Shown here: positions 49,583 to 62,036 of the stretch, piece after piece
Layout: each line of letters starts with the position of its first letter
How positions within the stretch are numbered: the first letter of the stretch is position 1
Source of the DNA: Sphaerodactylus townsendi
Taxonomy: Eukaryota
DNA: 64,000 bases
Direction: 5' to 3'
Assembly: GCF_021028975.2 (NCBI RefSeq)
Contig: NC_059439.1
Span: 23,436,001-23,500,000, forward strand
The notes under the pieces: model-generated
What the model saw: only the letters and a program-made list of their open reading frames with translations
Told to the model about the DNA's origin: nothing
Database searches by the model: none
Position numbers and translations under genes: made by a program

Positions 49583-49848
49583 TTGCTGTACTTCAGACCG
49601 CAGACAAATCGCGCCCCAGGCTTCAGCCTGGTGGCGCCGTTGCAGAAGGGGAGGAACGAGGGAAAGCCTCCTCCCCCTGCCGGCTGGCCAGAGTCAGGGG
49701 CCTGGGCAGCCTATAAAATGCTCTGTTATGCCTGCCCAGCTTCAAAGTTTTGTTATATGTTAATAAATTTGGGCTGCGGCCGATTTCTTTTCCAACAAAC
49801 TTGTGTCATGGTCATCAATTGAGCGAGTCTCCACACATCCACATGCAA
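49583..49848 (+). mobile_element. Internally deleted copy of the subfamily B element (cf. 13394-14118)
   Basis: Shares both ends; deletion right after TATAAA; AATAAATTTGGGCTGCGGCC; ends CCACATGCAA. Confidence 0.65.
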
Positions 49849-50411
49849 CTACGGAAAGGGGGGCCACTTGGCTACTTTGGTTGTATTCTATGCCCAAATG
49901 GAGATTGTTTCTAATCAGAAAGGAAGACAACTCTAATAGAGTGTTAACTCATTCAGTGGGGAGCCCATTCCAATACATAAGTGGGCTGCACAAGCATTAT
50001 CACCACCAGTTGTAGGTGGATCCAACCAGCTTTTCTGCAGGTTAAAATGGAAGAGTGTGTCTCCTCTTAACTGTCCAAAAGGCTATGCTGGAGATCATGT
50101 GACCCATTTTGGAAAAAAAATACATGGAATGGGAACAATATTGAAATTTGGGTGAGATTGAACAGAGAAGTTGGTTTGGGAAAAAAAACTATTTTTTAAA
50201 TAAATATCTTTCTTTAAAAAGCAGAGCAAAAACAATGTATTCATCTTACTGACATGAGTGGAATTTTTGCTTCTCAACCCAGCAGTTCTGAAACTTTTAT
50301 GCCTCTCTAAGTATTTTCCATTCAGTACGTGTGTTCATGGCCCAAATCAATATGTCAAAAAGAGAAGAGACTAATGAATTGTAAATATATTCAATTCTCA
50401 GTGTAGTCATA

Positions 50412-50626
50412 GAAAAAAAGTTGGTTTTATACCCCACTTTTTCTGCTACAAGGACTCTCAAAGCAGCTTACAATTGCCCCCCCCCCCAGCAACAGGCACT
50501 TGTGAGATAGATGGGTCTGAACTGTCACTAGCCCAAGATCACTCAGCAGACTTCAGGTGTAGAAGCGGGGAAACAAATCCAGTTCACCAGATAAGAGCCC
50601 ACTGCTCTTAGCCACTACATCATGCT
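50412..50626 (-). mobile_element. SINE, older copy
   Basis: GGTTTTATACCCCACTTT tail, GTCACTAGCCCAAGATCAC core, TTAGCCACTAC head. Confidence 0.65.
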
Positions 50627-50853
50627 GTTATTGATTGTGGTAATACTTTGTCCATATGTTCAATAAGGGATCTTTCTTATTTAAATATTTTGCCAACTGA
50701 ACTTCCCACTCATTAGCATACTTTCAGAAGAATAGCTATGTGATCTTCAGTAGGAGACCTAGATTCAAGTCCAGTGTTATTTTAGAGGCCAACAAGAATC
50801 TTGGGGTATAATCTTTCAATACTTAGAGCTCACTTCATCATTAGCATAGTGGA

Positions 50854-51157
50854 GAAGAAGAAGAGTTGGATTTATATCCCCCCTTTCTCTCCTGTAGGAG
50901 ACTCAGAGGGGCTTACAAACTCATTTCTCCCCCCCCCTCACATTTCTTCCCTTCCCCACCCTGTGAGGTAGGTTGGGATGAGAGAGCTCAGAAGAACTGT
51001 GACTAGCCCAAGGTAACCCAGCTGGTGTGTGTTGGAGTGTACAGGCTAATCTGAATTCCCCAGATAAGCCTCCACAGCTCAAGCGGCAGAGCGGGGAATC
51101 AAACCCGGTTCCTCCAGATTAGAGTACACCTGCTCTTAACCACTACGCAACGGCTGC
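50854..51157 (-). mobile_element. tRNA-derived SINE
   Basis: Reverse complement of the 37867-38174 family. Confidence 0.88.
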
Positions 51158-51871
51158 TAGTGTTATATTTACTTCATTTTGTAAACTTTTTAAAAATTAT
51201 TATTTGTTGCTTTAGGGTATTCAGGTTTGTTTGTTTGAGAGGCATGAAAAGGAAAGAATGACTATTTTTAATTAAACTTAAAAAAATTACTAATCTTCCT
51301 GCGATCACGATAATTCACTTGTTACAGCTCACTCAAACAGGTCTCTGAAGAGGAAGAATACTGGTTTCTAAATAATGGTTCCAAATAACAAATAGATGTA
51401 TTTTGATACCTTAATGAGAATTGCATCACATATTCCGGAAGGGGAATTTGCTAATTGTTTTGAAATTCCTTCTTTAAAATATCAAGAGGTTGTTCTCTGT
51501 AGACAGTCTGTCGCTCCCCTATATAAAGCCTCTTTTGTGTAATGCACAAGGCCTCCTTATGTGGCAAAATTTGATTGTCTCCGTAAGAAAATGTTAGTTA
51601 TTCCACACGATAGCTAGCTAGACAAGTGTGCAGCAGTTTTATGAATCTACCTCTTGACCATTCTTCATTGATGCCCCCTGATGGTTAATGGTAAAATATT
51701 TTTTAATTATTATTCTGACACAATGTACACTTTATTTAATGCCTGATTTTTGTGCTTTAAACACTTGTGATTATTAGAAACTACTTTTGGGGAAATAGAC
51801 ATATATACATTTGAGTGCGCTTTCACTCTTTTTCTAGTTTGTAAACTCATTTAGAACTCCCCCCCCAAACA

Positions 51872-51874
<3 letters not shown>

Positions 51875-51959
<85 letters not shown>
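51875..51959. repeat. (TA)n microsatellite
   Basis: Direct reading. Confidence 0.98.
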
Positions 51960-51962
<3 letters not shown>

Positions 51963-52072
51963 TCCTGCATGGGATTAGATCCAACCACTTTTTTGTTTGT
52001 GGGAAAGGGAGGAAAGGTCCCCTTTAATGATCGAAAAAGTGACACTTGAGATCATGGGACCTGCACTGACAT

Positions 52073-52620
52073 CAGGGGCATAATGCGCATTGGGCAAGGT
52101 GGGCAGCTGCCAAGGGCACCACCTTGTGGGGGGGCATCAAAATGCAGGGTTCATTTTTGGGTATTTTAGTGGTTTTCCATTTTTGGCCTGCAGGGGATGC
52201 AGTTTTTAAGCTAGTGGCACCAGAATTTCAGCGTATCATCAGGCAAATGTCCTTATGCTACCCCCCTGGTTTGGTGCAGTTTGGTTCATGGGGGCCAAAG
52301 TTATGAACCCTCAAAACTGTAGCCCCCATCTCCTATTAGCTCCCATTGGAAACAATGGGGGATGGGGCACCCCTTTTGGGAGTCCATAACTTTTGACTCC
52401 TTGAACCAAACCTCACAAAACCTGGGGGGTAGCATAAGGACAGTCTCCTGATGATACGCTGAAATTGTGGTGCTGATATGTCTAAAAATGCACCCCCTGC
52501 AGGCACCAATATCTTGGTGCAAAAAAATTTTTGGTTGTGGTGGAGTGGCTGCCCGGGGGCGGGGGGGGGCATCCAACTTAGGCTTTGCCCAGGGCTACAG
52601 TTTGCCTCGTTACGCCCCTG
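52073..52620. mobile_element. hAT-type non-autonomous element
   Basis: TIRs CAGGGGCATAA / TTACGCCCCTG; perfect 8-bp TSD ACTGACAT. Confidence 0.88.
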
Positions 52621-53849
52621 ACTGACATCTGTTTTGTGCCATGGGGGCTGCAATAAGAAGGGCAATTGAGTGAGGTTCCATGAAGAGTTAGATGCATCCT
52701 ATTCATAAAGCAGTGATGGGTTGGATCCAAATTATATTTTCCAGCAGCAGGACAGGATTTTCCTTTCTCCCCCCTCCCTACATCCCACTGTAAGCCACCA
52801 ATTCCCATGTTTCACACTGGATAGTAGGACTGCAGAGTCGAGTTTCCTAGGCTAGATTCCACTCCACTAGGAAACCCTTACAGACTGGGAATTTGCAAAA
52901 TCAATCACACTGGTGGGTTTCGCACAGCATATTAATGAGTTGCAGTCATTCTAAATGAACCTGTTTTCCTTTTTTTTTTCATTTGCATATGTGCCCTTTA
53001 TGTGTTCAGGAGGTAATTGGAGCCCATGGAAACAATTTGGGTTGCTTTCGCATCTTCGCATAGAAACACTTCTCTCTCTCTCTCTCTCTCTTGTTGTTCA
53101 ATGTATGTGTAGCTGCAAAGGCATACAGGAATGAACCTCCACAGCCATGCCAATTTCCCCCCAGTCTGATTGGCTGCACCTGTGTAGCTTTGCATGATGT
53201 TCAACACACACACAAAATGAATAAAAAAGAGAAAAAAAGGACTTTCCTGCAATGGCCAGACAATAATGGATGTGTTGCTATAGATCTGTAAGCAAAATGT
53301 GGTCATACTCACTGCAACTGGAGAAAATGTGCTTGAGAGACTTGTGAAATGGTGGGCACTCAGAGAATCTGCCCACAATGTGCTGGACACACTACACAAA
53401 ATGACACACAGGCAGATTCTCCCTGAAATGGCAGATGGTGGCTGAACCTAAGGTGAATGGGTGGAAGGAAAGAAAATAAAGCATTTCCTGCCTGCTGTTT
53501 GTGTGGGTGTGCTTCCAACCCGGGATTGTGCAAAAGGATTGCTGGTTTAATGATTTTTTTTTTCAAAACACAGGTTGGGAGAAATATGATGGGTCTGAGT
53601 TGTTTTGGGGGAGATACCCATGCAAAATTCTTCCCCAAAGCACTATATATAAAGTTCTGAAGATGTTATATTTCTGCTGTGTAGAATCCACCATTGTCAG
53701 TCTACCTCACTGGGATGTTATTAAGAGAAAATGAAAGAGAGAAAAAATGATTTAAGCCCAATGAAACAAACTGAAGACATAAATGAACGGTGCCTGCTAA
53801 CCACCATACAACCCATAGCTAACAAAGGATTGCAAACTTCTCATTTAAT

Positions 53850-54104
53850 GTGGTGCTGTGTGGTTTCCAGGCTGTATGGCCATGTTTTAGCAGCATTCTC
53901 TCCTGACGTTTCACTGCATCTGTGGCTGGCATCTTCAGAGGATCTGAATCCTCTAGCCACAGATGCAGCCACAGATGCAGCCAGCCACAGATGCAGCCAC
54001 AGATGTAGGTGAAATGTCAGGAGAGAATGCTGGTAGAACACAGCCGTACAGCCTGGAAACCACACAGCACCCCAGTGATTCCGGCCGTGAAAGCCTTTGA
54101 CAAT
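53850..54104. mobile_element. Penelope-derived palindrome with internal (AGCCACAGATGC)n expansion
   Basis: Inverted arms CCTGACGTTTC.. / ..GAAATGTCAGG; tail CCGGCCGTGAAAGCCTTTGACAATA. Confidence 0.72.
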
Positions 54105-54428
54105 ACATTCTCATTTAATGTTGTCACCAAGAAATAATGAGATTGCCTATTAGATGATATATTAGCTGAACAATTAACTTCATAACTGAAAAAGCCATTT
54201 GAGATGGACCATGTAAAGCACATAATGAATTTCATAAATCTGAGTATTGTTTGAAAAGAAGGAGCCAAATTATATTGAAGTGTATATTTTAATTTTGTTT
54301 TTTGCCGCCCATACGGGGGAGGGGGGGGGTGCCAGCTCAGGTTATTGAAGTGCATAGCAACTTTTAGGCTTTGGGTATTTCAGTTGGAGACCTCTTTTTT
54401 TTTAAATTCCCTTTCAGTGATTGAAACT

Positions 54429-55397
54429 ATGGAGCCTATTGAAACAATAAATGAAACAACAATAGCTACATTTATCCTCCTGGGATTTGGGGATGCCCCA
54501 GAACTTCAGATTCCTCTCTTCTTGGTTTTCTTAATAATCTACAGTGCAACCATGGCTGGAAACATCATCATCATTGTGTTAGTAACCACAGATCGTCACC
54601 TTCACACTCCCATGTACTTCTTCCTTGGAAATCTGTCCTGTTTGGAGACCTTCTACACTTCAACTCTTCTGCCCAGGATGTTGGGGAGCTTGCTGACAGG
54701 AGACAGAAGCATTTCTGTTGGGGGATGCTTCATCCAGCTTTATTGCTTTGGTACACTTGTAGTTGCGGAATGTTACCTCCTGGCATCAATGTCATATGAT
54801 CGATATTTGGCAATATGCAAACCCCTCCAGTATGCAACCCTCATGAGCAGAAGACTCTGCTTTCTATTGTCAGCTGCATCTTGGCTTTGTGGGATAACAG
54901 TTATGACTTTAGTCATGAGTTTGATGTCCCAGCTGAAATACTGTGGTCCCCATGAAATTGACCATTTCTTTTGTGAGCTGACCCCAGTCATTAACCTAGC
55001 ATGCAGTGACACTTCTCTGGTGACACTGGTGGGACTCACAGTTTCTTTCATAGATACGGTTCCTTCCTGTCTTCTCACCTTGCTGTCTTATGTGCATATA
55101 ATTGTTGCCATTGCGCAAATCTCATCTGCCGATGGGAGAAAAAAGGCCTTTTCCACCTGTTCTTCCCACCTCATTGTAGTTTCCATATTTTATGGTTCTC
55201 TGATATTTGTATATGCGCTACCAAAAAAAGAAACTCTGAAGGAAGTGGATAAGATCTTCTCCGTCTTCTACACAGTCTTAACCCCTCTAATGAATCCCCT
55301 TATTTATAGTTTAAGAAACAAAGAGGTTAAAAAAGCTTTAAGGAGACTTGTAAATAAATGTGGGATTTCTAAATTATTTGTTAGAGATGCAGAGTAA
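54429..55397 (+). CDS. Olfactory receptor, intact, 322 aa
   Basis: Probable start MEPIETINET (54429) after a splice acceptor; LHTPMYFFLGNLS, MSYDRYLAICKPLQY, KAFSTCSSHL, NPLIYSLRNKEV. Confidence 0.96.
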   Translation: MEPIETINETTIATFILLGFGDAPELQIPLFLVFLIIYSATMAGNIIIIVLVTTDRHLHTPMYFFLGNLSCLETFYTSTLLPRMLGSLLTGDRSISVGGCFIQLYCFGTLVVAECYLLASMSYDRYLAICKPLQYATLMSRRLCFLLSAASWLCGITVMTLVMSLMSQLKYCGPHEIDHFFCELTPVINLACSDTSLVTLVGLTVSFIDTVPSCLLTLLSYVHIIVAIAQISSADGRKKAFSTCSSHLIVVSIFYGSLIFVYALPKKETLKEVDKIFSVFYTVLTPLMNPLIYSLRNKEVKKALRRLVNKCGISKLFVRDAE

Positions 55398-55721
55398 TTA
55401 GGTCAAACTGGTCTGGAATAAAATCCATAATATGGAACAATTTTTGTAAGCTCCTGTAATGTTTTCCATTCCATTTACATCTTAGGATGCTCAGCTTTTG
55501 CAGTGGATGTATAATGGAATGGAGCAACAGAAAAAGAAAAAACAATTTTCTTCCAAAATCCTCTTTATCCTGCTGATGCATTTATGATTCCTTGAACCAA
55601 CTGTCAGCATTATACGATAGTAACAGAACAGGTTGTATTTCAGCTACTTTTTTCAAAGCAGTATATGATACTGATGGAGGGGGCATAAGAGAGAAAGAAA
55701 TAAAATTACACAGTATAGTCA

Positions 55722-55855
55722 GGCCTTCCGCACATACACTTTCAATCCACTTCAATGCACTTTGCTGGATTTTACTGTGCGGAATAGCAACATCCACTTG
55801 CAAGTAACTGTGAAAGTGGATTGAAAGTGCATTGTTCCGCATGTGTGAAAGGGGA
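55722..55855. mobile_element. Palindromic Harbinger-type MITE
   Basis: Same family as 33124-33274. Confidence 0.68.
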
Positions 55856-56079
55856 CAAAGACCACACTTGAAGGGAAGTCCACATAAAAGGTAAAGTTTA
55901 GCAGGTAGAATAATTCCAATAAGTAAAAGAGTGTGGTTTTTTTAAAAAAAGAGTATCTGATAAGCGTAGCTTTAGATGTTAGTCGTGGACAAGCTCACTT
56001 GATCTAAAAGCTACAACATAGCTTTTAACCAATGAAATAGCTATATACCTGGTATGATCATGCATGGTGTACAGAAAAT

Positions 56080-56847
56080 TAGATGCACCCGAATAACCGG
56101 GGGCAGCCATTGCTGCCGGGGTGAGCAACGGAGCAAAATAAGGGGCATGCATGGCTTGACGGAATGCTGCAGAACCGGGTGCAATGATTGGCTCCCAGCC
56201 GTAAAGGCGGGAGGAGCCGGGATATATAAGGACGACTCTCCCAGTCCGCCCCCTTCCTGGTGGCGAGACCCAGCAAGGCGTGGCCCACCCACCCTCCCTA
56301 TGGTCTTAGGGGTTGGGGGGTTGTGGTCCTTACTGTCGCAGTCCTGGCGGGTTTGCAATGGGTGTCGCACATCTGGGGAGAAAACGAGCCTTCCGGCTGG
56401 GTCTCCCAGGCTTGTGCCCTGTGGAAGGGCCGGGGGGTGGGGTGGGCAGGCTGGCAGGCCGGCAAACCGGGCTGCTGCCTGACACCCCAGGGAGTGGGGT
56501 TGGGTCGGGCCGATAGGCGGCCATAGGCTTAGCCGGTGCCTGACACCCCAGCAAGCACTGGAGGAGGGCGGGCCGTTAGGCGGCCTCGGGCTTAGCCAGT
56601 GCCCGTCTCCTCAGCAGGGGCGGGAAGGGTGAAGCCGGAGTGTTATCTCTGGGGCTTCCCTTCACGTCAGTTTCTAAATGGAGATTGGGATGTGATGTGC
56701 GACCTGTTTGCCGCCCAGCTCTTATATACATAGTTCATGTTTGATTATGTTATTGAATATTAATAAACTGGGCTGCGGCCCATTCCTTTCCAGCCTGTCG
56801 TTGTTGTGTGATTATTGAGCGAAGAAAGGTCTCACCATCTGCAGCAA
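56080..56847 (+). mobile_element. TSD-less promoter/polyA element, subfamily A
   Basis: Colinear with the reverse complement of 40380-41163; ATTGG, GGCGGG, TATATAA, AATAAACTGGGCTGCGGCC, ends CATCTGCAGCAA. Confidence 0.72.
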
Positions 56848-56855
56848 ACTATAAA

Positions 56856-57570
56856 TTGCAGCCAGAAGCGCAGAGGCTACTCAAGTAATCACAGATACGG
56901 CTTGGATTGAAATAGGGCCGCAGCCCTTTTTATTTACGTAATTCTTAAAAGCAAAACTGGGCAATCAAGAGGAGCGCATCATCTCAGCCAATCAGCTTCC
57001 CTGGATGGTCCCGGCTTCACCCCATTTATTGGGGAGGACAGAGTTCCTGCGCTATGGGGTATCCGCCCCATTCTTTTGTGGGCCAGCCATCTGGGGTGTC
57101 AGGCTTGCCTGCAGAGGCCCTTAGAGGCATGCTCCCTGAGCCCACCCCTCTCCAAGACTCTTATGGAGGCCCCCCAAAGGCAGGGTTGTCCGGCATGCAA
57201 CCTCAGTCTTCCCAAAAACTACGCGCTCCACTGTCTAAACTGCCCCCAAAGGACTGTGCAGCAAAAACTAAAATATCCCATCCCTTCTGGGAGGGCAGGT
57301 GAGTCAGTTTGCCTCAAGGCGTCGAAAGAGGCCAAGGTGTCGAAAGAGGCCCAGGTGTCGAAAGAGGCCAAGGTGTCGAAAGAGGCCAAGGTGTCGAAAG
57401 AGGCCAAGGCCATATGAAAGTAGCTTGCTCTACCATAAAGCCCGCGTATGTCAGCCCGCATATTGCTGGGTGATAAGGTGTAGCCGTCCGGCAGCCCAGG
57501 GACACGCATGCGCCTTTTTCTGGAGCCTTTTCTGGTGTCCTGCCCCCTGTCGCAATTACGGGCCTAGTTG
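56856..57570 (-). mobile_element. TSD-less element, third subfamily, tail-to-tail with 56080-56847
   Basis: Minus strand AATAAAAAGGGCTGCGGCC, ends CTGGCTGCAA; CpG-rich; 5' boundary approximate. Confidence 0.58.
57315..57409. repeat. 18-bp tandem repeat (CAAGGTGTCGAAAGAGGC) x5
   Basis: Direct reading. Confidence 0.95.
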
Positions 57571-58229
57571 ATTCTAGTTCCATTATTTATAGCTTAAACT
57601 TCACTGTGTTGAAGAATGTGTAAAAGAGATGGTTTGTTCTGCTGTCTTCCTTTTGCCGGAAAAATACAAGTTTTTTTTTAAAAAAAACTCTGCCTGTCTC
57701 CTTTGTTTCTGCATCGGAGGGAGATCCAGGGCCAGATTTCTGGCTAACAATACTTACCAGATAAGTTTTCATTACTGGTGAAAACATATAGAACTCATAA
57801 CCAATAAAGCAGGGTTGCAAAATGGTCATTGGGATAGCAACTATTGAATTAGCTTGTCAAAGAGAAAAACAGCTGGTCCTCGATTTTAATGTAAACACCA
57901 CACCTTTGTGAATAGTAGAGAAGCTCGTAAATCTCAAAATACTTATCACAAACAATGGCAAGGCAACAGGGAACATTCTCTCTCCATTACATTACAGGAT
58001 TTATTTCCTACTTTGATTTATTTCCGTAAGAATTAATGATTTCATTGTAAAAAATGAGATTATTCTATGCATATGGAACAGCCAAATAGAGGGAAAATGC
58101 CTCTCAAACTATTTATGGTTAGGTTAACGTTCAGAAAACTGTGCAGAGTGAAAGGCAAGAGATCCTCCTTCCTCCATGTCAGTGTTTCTCAGTTCAATTG
58201 AACACTCCTTTATTCTTAAACAGGCAGTT

Positions 58230-58700
58230 GCTGCAGATGCTTGTGGCTCTGGGGTTGAGAGGAATAGCTCGGGGAAATGGAGCCCGATGCAAAATTGGGT
58301 TTTGCTCTCCCCATGTTTGTTTGAGTTTTTTGTATTTTTAGTGTTTTTTCAGTTTTTGGTCTGCAGGGGGCGCAGTTTGAGGCTAGCAGCATCAACATTT
58401 CAGCGTATCTTTAGGAGACTATCCTGATGATACCAGCCAGGTTTGGTGAAGTTTGGGTCAGAGGGTCCAAAGTTATGGACTCTCAAAAGTGTAGCCCCCA
58501 TCTCCTATTAGCTCCCCTTGGAAACAATGGAGGATGGTGGCACCCCCTTTGGGAGTCCATAACTTTGGACCCCCTGAACCAAACCTCTCCTAACTTGGGT
58601 GGTATCATCAGAAGAGTCCCCTGAAAACGTCTGGAAATGTTGGTGCTGCTAGCCTAAAAACTGCACCCCCTGCAGGCCAAAAACTGAAATAAACTAAAAG
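58230..58700. mobile_element. Non-autonomous DNA-transposon internal palindrome (related to 52073-52620)
   Basis: Shared GGGTCCAAAGTTATGGAC...GTCCATAACTTTGGACCC hairpin. Confidence 0.6.
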
Positions 58701-60030
58701 GAGTAGAAAGAGTTTGGATTTATACCCTACGTTCAGTTCAGTGGGATTCACAGGTTCTCACTACTTCAGCAGAACTGGTTGTTAAAACGATGCTTGTAAA
58801 CAACCAGTTGTTAAATTATTTGAATTCCACCTCTGCCTACGTTTCTCTGCTGTAAGGTGGCTTACAAGCTCCTTTTTCTTCCTCTCCCCACAACATTATT
58901 AATCAAAGACATACCTGGTTGATGAGTGGGGGGAGGGAGATGGGATGAAAAAAAATACTAAAAATTGTAAGTGTTTCTTAATTCTTATTCAAACCGTGTT
59001 GGATTTAGCTAAATGAGCAGAAATCGTTATGGAGTCCATATAAGCTTAATTGCAGCGATTGTCCTTCCAGAGAAATACACACACTGGTTCAAAGCATTAA
59101 CTTTAGTAGAGCTCTTTGCTATATACTGGTAGTATTTCAGGATAAAATGTAGCAAATGGTTGAGTACACCTGTGGCATTTGAACAGAACAATTACATATA
59201 GAATTTGTCTTCTAAAATAAACAAACATGTATTCACATCTTTTTCATTGAAAGCATTATGGGTAGACAACAGCAAATTCTGGAAGAATTCAGAATAAATA
59301 TGGGGGAAAATATGCATTTAAGTAATTTGTTTCTACCTCAGTTTTCTTGCCTTCTCCATTTTATTCTCACAACAGCCCTTGAAGCCAGTTAGTCTCTTTG
59401 AGAGTATCCCATGGTCAACCAGAAAGCTTCCATACCACAGTGGACTTTTGAACTCGACACTCCCTAGATTCTAGCCGACATACAAGGAGTAAGGCTCATA
59501 TATAAAAGCTGAAGGTATTTCATTGTCCTGAACATTATTTTAATTATTGAGAACCGGAGCTTAAAGTTATATACAAGGATCCTTTAAAAAATAATAATAA
59601 TACATCAATTTTAGATGTTTTTGTGCCAATTTATTGTGCTTGTTTCGAGCAGCGGCCTCTAATCTGCAGAACCAGGTTCAGTTCTCCTCATGATTTTTCC
59701 ACATGAAGCCTGCTGAGTGACCTTGAGCCAGTCACATTTATCTCAGAACTCTGTTAGCCCACACAGAGGCAGGCAATGGGCAAACAACCTCTGAATTCAC
59801 TTATCTTGAAAACTCTACAGGATTACTGTGACTTGACGACATCCACACTCATTATCTCCACTTTGCCTGGATCTGGAAGGATGGCTGTTATCATATAGTT
59901 CCAAAAAGGAATATAATTGGGGAAGCTTAAGCCATGTGTGGGATCAATGCAAAGATGAAACAGAATTGCAGTCTTCCCTGTGTGATCTCTGGATCTGGGT
60001 TCCGAATACCATCTTGGTCTCCCAAAAGGC

Positions 60031-60981
60031 TTACTTTTCAAGTACATATATTTTCCAACACATTTTTTTCAGGGCATCTTTTACCTCTCTGTTTCTCAAG
60101 CTGTATATGAGGGGATTGACCAGAGGAGTCAGAAAAGTGTAAAACACAGAGAATACTTTGTTCAGTTCTTTAAGGGTGGGGGTCTTTGGGAGCACATAAA
60201 CAACGATGATAGTCCCATAGAAAATAGTCACCACAATAAGATGAGAGGAGCAGGTAGAGAAGGCCTTCTTTCTTCCAGTGGTGGATGGGATATTTACAAT
60301 CGTGGAGATAATAGAAATGTAGGAGGTTATCGTTAATATGAATGGAGGCAGAGTAAGTAAAGGGGCAGTTATGTAGTTTGCGAGTTCCATTTTGTGAATA
60401 TCACTGCAGGAAAGTTTCATGAGTGGGGTAAGATCACAGAAAAAATGGTCAATGATATTAGGACCACAAAATGTCATTCTTAACATCAGGAATAGCAATA
60501 CTGACATAACCATGAATCCATTAACCCAAGAACCAGCAGCCAGTTGGAGGCATAGCCTGCCATTCATAAGAGTTGTGTAGCGTAAGGGTTTGCATATAGC
60601 CACATAGCGATCATAAGACATCATGGCAAAGAGATAACATTCAGAACTTACAAGAGCGGCACATAAATAAAACTGTGTCATGCAACCAGCCATTGACAAA
60701 GTTTTGTCCCCTGTTAAGTAGCTGAATAACATTCTGGGCAAAACGGTAGAACTGTAGCAGCTCTCCAAGCAGGACAAGTTCCCCAAGAAGAAGTACATGG
60801 GGTTATGAAGCTTCTTATCAATCACAACCAGCACCACAATGAGAACGTTTCCAACCATGGTTGCCATGTAGATCACCAAGAATACAAAGAAGAGCAGAAC
60901 TTCTAGTTTATTGAAATCCCCAAATCCAAGAAGGATAAAATGTGTGACAAGTGATTGGTTTCCCAGATCTATATTTGTCAT
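60031..60981 (-). CDS. Olfactory receptor, intact, 316 aa
   Basis: [54 protein letters not shown]. Confidence 0.96.
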   Translation of the reverse strand: MTNIDLGNQSLVTHFILLGFGDFNKLEVLLFFVFLVIYMATMVGNVLIVVLVVIDKKLHNPMYFFLGNLSCLESCYSSTVLPRMLFSYLTGDKTLSMAGCMTQFYLCAALVSSECYLFAMMSYDRYVAICKPLRYTTLMNGRLCLQLAAGSWVNGFMVMSVLLFLMLRMTFCGPNIIDHFFCDLTPLMKLSCSDIHKMELANYITAPLLTLPPFILTITSYISIISTIVNIPSTTGRKKAFSTCSSHLIVVTIFYGTIIVVYVLPKTPTLKELNKVFSVFYTFLTPLVNPLIYSLRNREVKDALKKMCWKIYVLEK

Positions 60982-61743
60982 CTCTTATATCTGGAAAAAA
61001 AAGGGGGGAAAACAAAGATGTGCACACAATGAACGTCATAAACAACAGTAGTCAAACTCAAGAGAAGAAAGAAATGTGAGGACAATGAAAATACCCTTGA
61101 ATATAGACAGATGCCTGGTCAGTTCTTACAGAGACCTTTTCACTTCTCAGTTTGGATGCTATGGAGCCCATTTCTTGGTAACATCAGGTATTTTAAATCT
61201 TCATTAAGGAGAATGTTATATTCTAAGCAAAATATACAGGTGTATATATATATTCCTCCAGGTGGCTCGGATACCCATAGGAAAATACCCCCCCCCCCCC
61301 ACGATTAATTGTTTATTTTTTAATTGGATACAGGAACTTTCCCTTGGTTTTGGGACTTATGTTTCATAGGAACAATATTTATGTTATTCCTTAACAATAT
61401 AAGAGCACCCAAAATATTTTTCAAAGGGCCAATTAAAGTATCCATTAGGTACCTCCCAGATGAGTGTCCATCATTTCAGTTCTCATTAGTCAGCACTCCA
61501 TGACTCAGCAAGTAATTTGTCAGTTGTATTGGGAAAGCATTAAGTCAGATCATTCCAGTTTTTCCACAGATGTTGGCCAATTCCCAGCTTCTCTGGAACA
61601 TTTTCCCTACAAGGCTTTTATCCATGTAGATCCTATCACAACCCTTTGGGTGGTTGAAATAGATGACTTGTCCTTCTTTTGCTGGCAGAAACCTCACACA
61701 TATTGCTTGATGAGAACATACAATAAATTTTGATTTGACAGTA

Positions 61744-62036
61744 GAAGAAGAAGAGTTCGGATTTATATCCCCCTTTCTCTCCTGTAGGAGACTCAAAGGG
61801 GCTTACAATCTCCTTCCCCTTCTCCCCTCACAACAAACACCCTGAGAGAGCTCCACAAAACTGTGACTAGCCCAATGTCTCCCAGCTGGCATGTGTGGGA
61901 GTGTACAGGCTAATCTGAATTCCGCAGATAAGCCTCCACAACTCGAGCAACAGAGCTGGGAACCAAACCCAGTTCTTCCAGATCAGAGTGCACCTGCTCT
62001 TAGCCACTGCACTTAGCCACTATGCCACTGCTGCTC
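61744..62036 (-). mobile_element. tRNA-derived SINE
   Basis: Reverse complement of the 37867-38174 family. Confidence 0.86.

Noticed and set aside
51400-51600. Candidate OR promoter (TAATGA, O/E-like site, TATA, GTAAG donor); similar motifs near 19230-19340 and 61440-61490
   Set aside because: Short motifs expected by chance in AT-rich DNA; needs conservation or TSS data
57299-57583. ORFs with repeated peptides (KEAKVS, RCRKRP) and a CRISPR-like look
   Set aside because: Plain 18-bp tandem repeat without spacers inside a mobile element; eukaryotic context
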